The notes: generated by a model not told the origin, from the sequence alone. A DNA stretch of 64,000 bases from Iphione sp. A-MEVVRFRX5 (GCA_976226885.1 OZ320313.1:51026001-51090000); one strand, 5' to 3'; counted from the stretch's first letter, positions 50,699 to 61,444 are shown. A program made the numbers and translations.

Positions 50699-51082
50699 CA
50701 TCAGACAAATCACCGTTGACACCACCGGACTCCCCCAACCACTCAATCACCTGTTATCCTGTGTGTGAGAAACATCAGAGTCGTGGTTAATGCCCCCGTT
50801 TGCTCTCGACCACTCTTTCAACAATTATCGCAGGTGTGAGGTATATCAGGGGCTGGCTGCTGTAATGCATATCTTAAACCGCTTCCCTTGAACCGTATTA
50901 AGGATGACCCATTTTTCTTACGACGGCTTAAGCGCTAAATCTTTTGACCTCGAACCGCTAATACCGCCGCGATTACGAGTGAGTGTCCCGTGTCCGCTGA
51001 TTGGTGGAATTCGTAATTTTCGCGCGTAATTTGGCTTCCGCCGTAAACAAACACATGTGTTGGCTCCACGTGTACCTAGTAG

Positions 51083-51090
51083 TATATAAA
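51083..51090 (+). promoter_or_regulatory. TATA box of the Myb/SANT gene
   Basis: TATATAAA about 100 nt upstream of ATG 51186. Confidence 0.6.
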
Positions 51091-51185
51091 GGGGCAACTC
51101 TGAGCAGCTCGACACACTGGCGCTCAGTATCCTGCAGGCCGTCACAATCTCCGTTCGTAATTTTTGTAACGTCATCCTCAACACC

Positions 51186-54100
51186 ATGCCTAGAGGAGGT
51201 CGCCGTGGTTCCAAGCGAGGAAGGACGCCCGTTAAGAGTACGAGGAGAAGTACTCCCAAGCGCGGGCGATCTGCAGCTGCTGAACAAGGACAAGGAAAGG
51301 AGAAGAAAGTGGTGCAGCGGAAAGAAAACTGGACCATGGCGGACGGCTGCCTGCAGATCGAGCTGCATTATAAATACAAATTGCAGAACGCCCTCGCTTT
51401 TGAGGGCCCTGGTGCCAAGGGCCGCCGAGAAGAGGCTTGGGTGAAGCTCGTACAGGAGTTCAATAGGTAAGTGTGATACGCTCGTAATTTAACAACAATA
51501 TGTAGACACTTTTTTTAAAAATTTGTGCTGGCATTCGTAATTTTCTTTAGGGTGCTCATGGCCCGCCGAATGGCCTTAACTGTAGGGTAATCTATTTGTG
51601 CAGTATTTCTTTACGGGCGGGCAATTTTTTATAAGATGAACTAGAATTCATTGCAGCGTATTCGTATCCTTTTCAACTGTGTCCTTGTCACATGCATGCT
51701 ATTGGTCTGTCTGCCAAGGTGTTATAATGACTTTCAATGGGTGTCATTGGCGGGCCACGGTGCCAGTTACGAACATTTCCGAGGGTGATCTTTTTGTGCA
51801 GTATTACTTCTTATTTTTTCTTCTGACCATTACCAAGTACTCTCTGTTTCGTATTCGTATGCGTGTCAAGTGAGCCATGTTCTCATTTGCGGGGGGAAGG
51901 TGTCATTTACGAGCTAGCATGGCCATGTGTTTTCTGCCAGTCGGCGTATCCAACCAGCACCAACATGGTAGTGAAAAATTATTTGTATGCGTGTCAGGTG
52001 TGTCATGTTATTGGGCTTTCTGGCAAGGTGTTCTAATGACTTACACTGGGCGTCTATTGCTTGGGGTCGGTGGTATTTACGAGCTATCATGGCCATGTGT
52101 TTTCTGCCAGTCCGCGTATCCACCCAGCACCAATATGGTAGTAAAAAATATCCTGCTGCGTGTAATGTCCGATTAATTGAATGCCACCCCGACAGCTATG
52201 GCCGCTTGACAGCCAGATGGTCTGGAAGCCCAGTCGGGGGTCTGTCGGGATGGCAAGTGACTCGTTAAATGCTTTTCGTAATCTTTCCGCGGATCTTCCC
52301 TGCTTAATTCACCAAATGTGTGTGTCATGCCATGTAACGACCAGCCCAGTGGGGAACCTGCCACTGGCAAGGGAAAGCGCATTGATCTGTGTACGTATTG
52401 CAACTGTGCTGACATTAATATTGTTTGCCTTTGATTGCAGCCGGGCATCCTTTCCACGCACGAGGGCTGAAATAGTTGCTCGTATGAAAAGTGTCCATAC
52501 CCGAGGTTGGTTTTGGCTAACAGCATTACAATTTCAATTTTCGCGGGCCACTGTGCTTTACCTGATGGTCTTTCTCTGTCGCATCACTCGGAAAATATAT
52601 CGTAAGCATGGCCTATTGTCTTTTGCAGATAAAGCTGAGAAAAGCTCGCGGATACGGACGGGTGGAGGTCCAGCCCAACCTGTTCATGAAGATGTGGCCT
52701 TCTTTCGTGAATACGAACCCGATGCGGCCATGCCTTTCCAGGGAACAGGTGCACCAGGCTTCAGTGAGTATTCATTTTTCAATACAAAATATAAAAAGCA
52801 TTTACGCTCTTTCGTCTCCAAGTGATACATGGGAAAAGGGGCAGTGGGCTGCGGTCCCATCCAGACAACACTTGAATTGTTTACCGGCACACAATCAAAT
52901 CGTACGACTAGGGGACGATTGGGTTGTTAAGGTCGTCATGGTAACCATGCACGAGGCACAGTGGTGAAGTGGCGTGATTTCCAAGAAACGATTTTGATTG
53001 ACGAGTGATGGATCCAGCCGCAGGACCCCCTGCCACTTCTAGCAAAGACACCATGCCGTGAGTACACGATTTATCTACTGCCTATCCCTGTGCATTCCTT
53101 ATGACTGACGCCCTCGTGTTTAAATACAATTCTTATGGTGAAATATGGCAATCGAACCGAGGCTGCCCGTATTTCAATCTCTTCTAACTGCCAAGTTATT
53201 TTCCTCCTTTCAGGCGACAGAACAGAGGAGATAACGCAGAGCGGACGCCCAGCGGGCACTCATCGTACAACTGGCGCGAAAAGATGAAAGACCGCTATGG
53301 CGACTTGTTCCTGGCCCGGGAGAGAGAAAGGGTCCGCAAATATCGTGAGTATACAATGAATCCCCCTATCATATCATTCTTACGAGGCGGACCACTGAAC
53401 CAATGAAAAGAAGATGTTTGTAAATGCGCCCATAGCCGTATCATTGTATACTTATTGTTAGCCTATGTTATTATGTATCGGTTTAAGTTCGCACATGAAA
53501 CATATCTGCTTGTACCCACAGGTAACCCCTATGCGGACCAACGGCGGGCTCAGCGGGAGGCCCTGCGCGAGCAGCGGCGGGCGGCTCGTAACGCCCGTCG
53601 CAGGGAGGCGGCTGCGCGCCGCCGGCAGGAGGCCCAAGCCAGGGAACAGCTCCTGCAGGCAGAGGACCATCAAGAGGACCTGCCGGAGCAGGAGGTGGAG
53701 AATGTCGAGCCGCAGGGGCCTGATTACGAGGAACAGCAAGAGCAGGTGGAGGTGGAGGACCAACGCCGGGCGCAGCGGGAGGCCCTGCGCGCGCAGCGGC
53801 GGGCGGCTCGTAAGGCCCGTCGCAGGGAGGCGACTGCGCGCCGCCGGCAGGAGGCCCGAGCCAGGGAACTGCTACTGCAGGCAGAGGACCAGCACGCGGG
53901 CCAGCCGGAGCAGGAGGTGGAGAATGTCTAGCTGCAGGGGCCGGAATACAAGGACCAGCAGGAGGAGGAGGAGATGGAGGACGTCCAGCAGCAGCAGCCA
54001 GCCCCGGTTGAGCACGAGGACCGGCAGGAGGAGGAGGACATTCAGCAGCAGCGTCCAGCTCCTGAATACGAGGGACAGGAAGATGTGGAGGAGGAGGAGG

Positions 54101-57100
54101 AGGAGCACCCTGGCCCCGCCCCGCGCGCTGTGAACGAGCAGCAGCCGATGGAAGCCACAGAAGTAGACGAGGCCGCGCCCACTGTCGCACGTGTACATGT
54201 GCGGATGACTGGTGAGTAGGCCATTTTTTATCCTTCGTAATTGCATAGAGTATGTAGCTGTACCAAGGAAGTTGCAGAGGCCCAAACGACCGCCGTAGCA
54301 TTTGAACTGTAGGTGTTACAAGGAATTAATGTGCAGTGACCCACACCAACACTTAATTTGATAGCAAAAAGAATTTGTATTACGAATTGCAATGTCGGCT
54401 TCTACTTTGTTTCAGTCCCAGGTCGGCAGTGGGTAGGGATACAAGACGTGCCTCTGGTTCCTGAGGCACACCAACCGGAGGCCGGCGCCCAGGAGAAGAT
54501 CGAAGCCCTCATCATGCTGAGGAATGCGGGCGGGGGCCTTGTGGCTCTCGTCAACCGGGAGTGGCCCCTTGACCGCGGCGGCCACACAGATGTACCACTG
54601 TCGCCGACAGAAGACACTGAAGCCCGCCCGCCCACCCCTACTCATAACCTTGATGTCCCCCCTCCTGTTGTTTGTGCTGTCGGAACCCCTGTGCGTCCTG
54701 TCTCGTCCTGGGCAAATCCCTTAGGTGTCCCATGTCCTATTGTCCCGTATTCACCTTCCCTGTCACCTGTGCCTGTACCCGACCCAGTTGTAATGTCTCC
54801 AGTGTCTGTCCCCCCCATGCCTCCTGTCGTGCCCGCTCCTATTGTTCGTTACTCGCCTTCCCTGTCACCTGTGTCTGTAGTCGACCCGCTTGTAATCTCT
54901 CCCGTGCGTCCTGTCACGTCTGTCCTCCCACCAACAACTCCTGCAGCCCCTCTCTCCCCACTACCTGCATCCTTTCTGTCTCAACCCCTTGCAACCTCTA
55001 CCCCTGTTTCGTCACCTGTGCTTGTAACCCCACCGCTTCCCTCACGTGTAACTCCTGTGTCTGCCCCTGTTGATCATCCTCGACCCATCCCCCAGCAAGA
55101 CAACTTCCGGACGACGGACCAGGCCGCATTACAAATGTACGTCCGTTACCTGATGGAGGTCGAGGATGCCCTCATTATGGATGAATTCCTCCAACTTATG
55201 GTTTTCATCAAGCGTGTGCGGCCACGCTAATTCAACATTACGAATGTGATAATGACTGTCTGTGATTTGGGTGCTGTGCATCCCACTTAATTGAATCAAC
55301 ACGTTCTGCCTCTTTATTTTATCTTTATTAATACAACATAAATAAATCGATGTTGCTTTAACCCTTGTCTCCCTTCTCTTTGTTTTGAACGTACACTCCA
55401 AACCGCCAATTAACTTTGTAAACACAACCGGGCATCTAGTACCGCCAGCCTAAATTTTACGACCAAGGCAATAATTTTACCTTTCATTGTCCGAGTAGAA
55501 AGACAGTACACATGCTGATGACGTAAGGTTACCCTTATCAGGGTGGCAACGGAAAAGTTGCTTTCTGATAAGGCCACGCGCGCATGTAACTCTTATCAGC
55601 GCCTGAAGAGGCCACCCTCCACACGGAAACAGGTATTCATTACAACACCATGCAGGAAGAGGGACGCGTCGCTGGCAGCCAGAGGCAACATGTTGAACCC
55701 ATTGTCGGGGCAATGCGGGTAATATTTCGTAGTAAGTATAGCCCTATTCAGGACTAGAACTTGTTAATTAGTGTCCCTCGCATGGCTTTTCGTAATAGGT
55801 ATCCTACCGTTGGTTCATCTGCAGCTGAGGTAGGCGTATGGGCGGCCCAGGCTTTTATCACGTTCCGTCGCGCCAGCGTGCCCCCCGTTGGGGTCAAGGA
55901 CATGGAATTGGACATCCACCTGGACCTGTCTGATCAGGCTGGCCGTCTTGCCTCTCTTACACATCGCTGGCCGCTGGAATGCGCTTCTGGTGAGGCCGTA
56001 TATTTCGTATTGCAACCTCGCGCTGTGTGCCCCTGGGTCCTTTTGTATCACTTGGAGACGGGACTATATGATTTCACTATACTAACTTATTAATGATGTG
56101 CGTATTACGTTCATTTCCATTTGCAGTTGGCGAACGCAGTCCGAGTTCGCAGGCCATGGCCAACAGAAATGTTGCTGCCTGTTCCGCTGGCCTGGAGCCC
56201 GTTAATTACGAGGACCCTGCCGAGGAGGAAGGTGACGAGGCGTTGCAGGAAGAGGCCGATGATTATGCAGGAGAGGAGGAGGACGACGTGGATGTCGATC
56301 TTGACAAGGATGATGATGATGATGACGAGGATGACTTGGCAGACCTCCAAGATGTTTTTCCCGCCGTCGAGGATTACGAGGTTTTCGTACCTGACACGGT
56401 GTCCGAGCAGCTGCAGATGACGCAGGCGTCCCTAGATTCACAACTAGACATTATTTCGGGAACACCCACTGATCCCGTAAGGCCGTTGGGTAGCAAGGCA
56501 CCGAAGCGGCCAACGCAAGGCCCCAGCAGCTCCCTGTTGGCTGCACTGAGAAGGCCCGTAGGCGACATCGAGGTGGTGCCAGACAGCCAAGGGGCAGACG
56601 AAGACGAGGAGGAGGAATTTCCTATTCATGCGATGCCGCCACTGTATCCTGATGAAGGACCAAGCACCAGCAGCTGTGTGGCCCCAGCCCCTGTCGCTCG
56701 TAATGGTGCGCGGCCGATCACCTCCACACCACGACCTACGTCGGCTACAGCCCAGGTACAACCGCGGGGGCCAGGTGCGGAAACAGTGGCTGCACCCCCA
56801 CGCGCAACCATCCCTCGCCGCCCGCTAGGCAATACGGATGTCGTCCATGCCGCGCCTCCACCAGTGGCCAACAATCCAATGAGGGCACCCGTTCCTGCTG
56901 CCGACGCCAGGGCCCAAGCTGGTCGAGCTCCCGTTCCTGCTGCCGACGCCAGGGCCCAATCTGGTCGAGCTCCCGTTCCTGCTGCCGACGCCCGGGCCCA
57001 AGCTGCTCGAGCTCCTGTTCCTGCTGCACCTGCTATGGCAGCTCAACAGCAACAACAGCAACAACCGCAGCAGCAACAGCAGCAGGCCAAACGAAGTAAG

Positions 57101-58945
57101 TCGGCTGCCTTTGTGGTGATTTTTCGTAATTTTTGTAATTTTCTCAAAGCGTAGGCTTTAGAATCTTCCTGCTGGTCAGAGTCCCGTTCGTAAACAGTGC
57201 TTGTGCATCATTCCAGAACGCTGCCATGAGGGAGTCCGGACCAGGGAGGAGCTGCTGGACAAGGAAGTCGTAACAGCAGAGGCACGGCTTACGAATATGC
57301 AAAAAGATGACAAGCGCCGAGAGGATGTGGCCCAGTCCCGCCTCAGCCTGGCGACGGAGGAGGTCCGGACCAAGGAAGCCGCTCGTAAGGCGGAGGAGGC
57401 CCGGGAGGCATTTTACAAGTATCTATTAACGCGAGAACAACAACGGGAGCGTCGAGAAGTTGAGGAGGCAAAGGCAAAAGCTGCCCAGACCAAGGCCCAG
57501 CAGAAGGCGGCCAAGCTTGCCCGCCAGGAGACGATTGCCCGCCTCATGAAACTGCAGGCTGACGTGACGATTGCAACACAGCAGACGGTCAACGAACTCA
57601 CCAGCCATATAGCTGAACACCCTGGGCATGAGGTTAGTCTATCCGTAATATTGCTGTACGAAAGTCTCTCTGTACTGTAGCCCGTTCAGCCCACGGTCGT
57701 CCTCCAGGTACATCGGGGGTGGCGGCAGTTGTGGCGGGTTATGTGCATGCACATCCCGCCGTCGTGGTCGTATTCGTGCTAGCAACTGGTCACGTTGCTC
57801 GATGGCAAAGTTATGAAGTATGGCCGCTGCACAGACCATCTCCCCCACTCTGCCCGGGCGGAAGCACACCGTCTCATGCAGCATTCCGAATCGACGTTTC
57901 AAAATGCCGAACGTCTGTTCGATGAGAACCCTTGTATGGGTGTGCGCATTTTGGTAACGATTCGGGGCAGGGCTCAGGACTTGGTTCCGCCGATATGGGG
58001 TGAGGCAGCACCTGTCGCAGGCATACCCACTGTCACCAAGCAGATGTCCTGGGCCGACCACTGCAAGAAGGGAAAACATAACGCATGGGGGTTACGAATT
58101 ATTTCGACGTGTGTGCACGTGTGGCGAGGCTAACATAAATGTAAGTGTTTGTAAGTTTCAGTATTACTAACAATGATAGAGCTCGTAACACTAAGTGTAC
58201 CTACAGGGCCGGAGATAGTATCTGGTGAAATCACAACCACGGAAAATACGGGAGTCATGCGTGCTGCCCGGATAGCAGGCAACGATGTCACGGATCCGCT
58301 GCTTGTGGTCGCAGATGGCCTGTGGGTAAGGAGACAGAACGTCAGCCGAGGGAACTGGACAGGTAACAAAAATGCATGTTGAATAGTCTTTACAAATAGT
58401 GCCCAATGCGTCTACTAACAGTCGGATGATTCATAAATACTAACCTGCACGTTGATTGAATAGTGATTGGTCCTGTCGACGTATTCCGGGTGCCGTCCTT
58501 GGGGTCGAATGATCCGCACGTGTGTACAGTCCACCAGGCCAATTACAAAGGGAAACCTTGCTTTTTCATTAAAAGCCAGCATGATCTCGTTCAATTCATC
58601 CAGTCGTGGTGGGGTCAGATAGTCACGCTTCATAGTATCCGTAATTGCCATGGCTACACGGTGGACTGTGCGACAAACGGTGGGATTCGACACCCTGATG
58701 ATGTCCGAGACAACGTCCTGAATGGCCCCTATGAAAAGAGTAAGGAAATAAATTGGTTGGCTGGTACCCAAACAGAAATTTCCATCAGCAGGAATCTTAC
58801 GAATGTTCTATGACCTTTGCAGGATGAAGAGACTCGGGCAATGACTAGCAAGGAGGCCACCAAGGAAAGACTGAAGGAATTACAACGACTAAAGCGGATG
58901 ATGGAGGAGGACGCACAAGGATGGCATACCGATGACAGCGACTAA
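51186..58945 (+). CDS. Harbinger Myb/SANT-like DNA-binding protein; model join(51186-51466,52441-52505,52629-52763,56127-57095,57217-57632,58823-58945), 662 aa
   Basis: Exons 1-3 give RKENWT...EEAWVKLVQEFNSRASFPRTRAEIVARMK...RTGGGP (Myb/SANT-like domain with the TGGG signature). All junctions are GT-AG and phase-compatible. Later exons encode acidic, Ala/Pro, polyQ, KRKR and coiled-coil segments. The exon 3 to exon 4 join and the last exon are inferred. Confidence 0.7.
51850..52150. repeat. About 170-bp diverged tandem duplication in intron 1 of the Myb gene
   Basis: ATTTACGAGCTAKCATGGCCATGTGTTTTCTGCCAGTC...CAGCACCAAYATGGTAGT at about 51905 and 52075, with an older copy near 51655-51770. Confidence 0.8.
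53008..55230 (+). CDS. Additional spliced gene of unknown function inside the Harbinger element; model join(53008-53057,53214-53344,53522-54211,54416-55230), 561 codons with one internal TAG
   Basis: GT-AG phase-compatible junctions. It has a basic helix (WREKMKDRYGDLFLARERERVRKYR), two 74-aa Arg/Glu/Ala repeats, an acidic tract and Pro/Ser/Val repeats. AATAAA lies at 55341. Confidence 0.6.
55782..56093 (+). CDS. Small 103-aa ORF (MAFRNRYPTVG...) inside the Harbinger element; separate gene or alternative first exon
   Basis: ATG 55782 to TAA 56093 with non-repetitive composition. A phase-1 donor at 55990 could join the acceptor at 56126. Confidence 0.3.
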   Translation: MAFRNRYPTVGSSAAEVGVWAAQAFITFRRASVPPVGVKDMELDIHLDLSDQAGRLASLTHRWPLECASGEAVYFVLQPRAVCPWVLLYHLETGLYDFTILTY

Positions 58946-59430
58946 AGCTAACGATTGAACGATCTAATTACGAAAAACATCAGAAATAAAAATACCATTA
59001 ATAAACTTAATGTTGTGAATCAGTCTGCAATCATTACTTTCCCTACAAGACACTTAATGTGACGTTAAAGGATTAAAGAGTGGCCATTTTTATGAGTATT
59101 CACAAGCAATTACAAGCAATTACGAAAGGAAAATTTAGACTCACCTGTGGCTAAGTAGCGCAGAAATAGCACTACCTGAATCAACGGTGGGAGGGCCGGG
59201 CCCCGCCTGCGCCTCTGCTCGAGCCGTGGTGTGACATAGTCCACGATCCTGTATATGTTATGAGGAAAAAAACGGTATTTCTCCCATATTTCGTCTCTCT
59301 TCAAAGCTTCCAGAGGGTTTTGGTAATCGACAAGGCGACGGGTTACAAAGTCTTGTCCATAGAATCGCCTTCCCCACCTCACCTCATTCATCTCGTACTC
59401 TTCCTCTTCTAATTCCTCGTAATCTGCCAT
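57639..59430 (-). CDS. Harbinger (HARBI1-like, DDE_Tnp_4) transposase; model join(59430-59145,58728-58445,58319-58205,58060-57639), 368 aa
   Basis: QNPLE...YRF, FLRYLATG|AIQDVV, VIGLVDCTHV, YSINVQ|AICD, YPGSTHDSRIF, LLGDSGY and IEQTFGILKRRF. Three GT-AG introns with matching phases. Confidence 0.92.
58985..59005 (+). terminator. Two AATAAA polyadenylation signals after the inferred last Myb exon
   Basis: AATAAA at 58985-58990 and 59000-59005, 40-55 nt after the TAA at 58943-58945. Confidence 0.55.
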
Positions 59431-61444
59431 TACGTCTGTACCAACATTCTCTGGATCCACAGGATCACACTCTCGGTGATGGGTGGCCTCCAAAACAACT
59501 TCTTAATCAATGTCACGGGCAAGATCCATGGTGTACGTGTGGACAATACAAGTTGCAAACTAGTACTAGCTTAAAACTCCCGCTTAAACCGACCCATGGA
59601 GACGGTTTAAGGAAAGTAGGTTAAAACCGCAATTAGTACGTCCCGCACGGTATTACGAGGGTTACAGCAGAGCGCACTTTAGCTAATACCAGCTGGGTGG
59701 TCGTAACTTCTGGCTTAACGTGATACAGCAGAGGACACTAAAAATTTACTGGTATTAAGGCGCGGTATTAGGGTTAATGAGCATCGATTCGTTGTTACAG
59801 CAGCCGGCCCCAGAGAAGTTGCCCCCGGTCAGAAATTGATAGTAAAATAAACTGGAATTGATCTATTATTGATTGGTTGGAGGCTGAGAATGGTCGGAAA
59901 TTGATTTGGTCGGAAATCAATCACTTAATATATTCATTTTGAATAGACAGAATTTCCCTTCCAAGCTCATATGGTTGGAATGGGCATTTGGGTCAGAAAT
60001 TACAGAGGTTGGAAATAGAGACTTTAGTGTACATACTTCCCTCCTGAAATATGCAGAAGTAGTATATGGGCATTGGAACATGTAGCAATTTCAAACATTC
60101 TCTACGTAATATACCAAGTATACACAACTGCCTCTAAAAAGGCAAAAATATCTAAGCATGGCCTTCAAAAATATCTAAGCATGGCCTTCAAACATAAAAG
60201 GAAACTTGCATACCGGTATATATGGAAATACGCCTGAAGATAACAGAGTTAGACTGACCGGATACTTCCAATAACCAAAATAGACTAAGACTAGAATGAG
60301 ATGATGGCTGATGTGTCCAATCTATGTCTACCAGAAAGCCTAGGTCTTAAAATTCTCATGTATTACAGGCAATCCTACTGTTAACGAAATAGAGATGAGT
60401 TCAAAGATATCATGTTGTTGTGTGAAACATCGTTATTTGTGGCACACCTTTCTAGCACTATTTTTCATCATTTATTTTTATTTCTTTTTTTCCTTAATGA
60501 ATTATTTGCCTTTGAGCAAATGCAGTACATGTATTTGTATCATATGTATTGTACATGTTTATTTTAACCAATCTTTTCAAAAAGCGTTTCTAGAAAGTTG
60601 TCTCAGGCCTCACATTCCCCCCCCCAAAAAAAAAACCTAAGTTATAAATAGGTTTTCTTTCTAGAGGATTTAGTTTAGTGCCATTAAATTAATACAGAAC
60701 TTTTGATTTTTCAGTTGTTTAATGATAAACAGTACATTGACTGTCCTCTCCAAAGACTACTGACCTCTTTCATGGAATCTGTATTTTCTGCAAGACAAAA
60801 CGAAGGCAGACATAGGTGTAAGGCAAAGGGTATAATATGTGTACAAGGCCACCTGAGGCAAAGATGCAGCAGGAATACCATCAGAGACAGTATGGCTTCG
60901 CCGACCATATTTGTAGCATCCTCTCCCTGACATAACCAGGCTATATAGGCAATTGATTGTCCATCATTGAAAATCTGTGGTCCAGTACCATAAGAAATTT
61001 TTTCTGGCCAAAAACTGCTGGGAAACATGTTGATGTTAAGTGGCAGATGGTTGCTCCAGTAAAGCTTCATTCTAAACTTGCACGAAGCATATGATTATTA
61101 CACATCTCAGTCTTAAAGTAATTAACCCAGCATTGAATATGAGACAAACCAAATAATGACCTCCTATCGCAATAGGACACTGAAACACACAAAGTTGAAG
61201 TTCAGTGTTTTATTCCCTTCTACAGGAATGATGTACAAAAGATCTTCCAGCAAATAGAAGTAATATGGGGTACGAGCAGTTAGACTTTAGAGAGTTCAAG
61301 GGCATGTGCCTTTGTTCCGACAAATCTATCAATGCAATTCAAGGGAGAAATCAATTATGGTGAAAGAGCCAGAAACATTAAATTATCACGACTAGGTTTA
61401 TCAACTATAAGATAACCTACAAGATATTAACTACAAGATAACAT

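Larger units (their letters stand above)
50850..59810. mobile_element. Full-length PIF/Harbinger DNA transposon (8961 bp)
   Basis: CAG|GGGCTGGCTGCTGTAA ... TTACAGCAGCCGGCCC|CAG (TIR 15/16, CWG-type TSD). It encodes a DDE_Tnp_4-type transposase and a Myb/SANT protein. Confidence 0.95.

Noticed and set aside
53458-54301. Long alternative-frame and antisense ORFs (222 aa +, 272 aa -, 137 aa -) over the cargo gene
   Set aside because: They are GC-rich repeat shadows of the real frame and lack compatible splice sites.
57633-57680. Unspliced read-through ending of the coiled-coil exon (EVSLSVILLYESLSVL*) overlapping the transposase 3' end
   Set aside because: Not excluded, but disfavoured because a good donor at 57633, a phase-matched downstream exon and polyA signals exist, and no AATAAA follows 57680.
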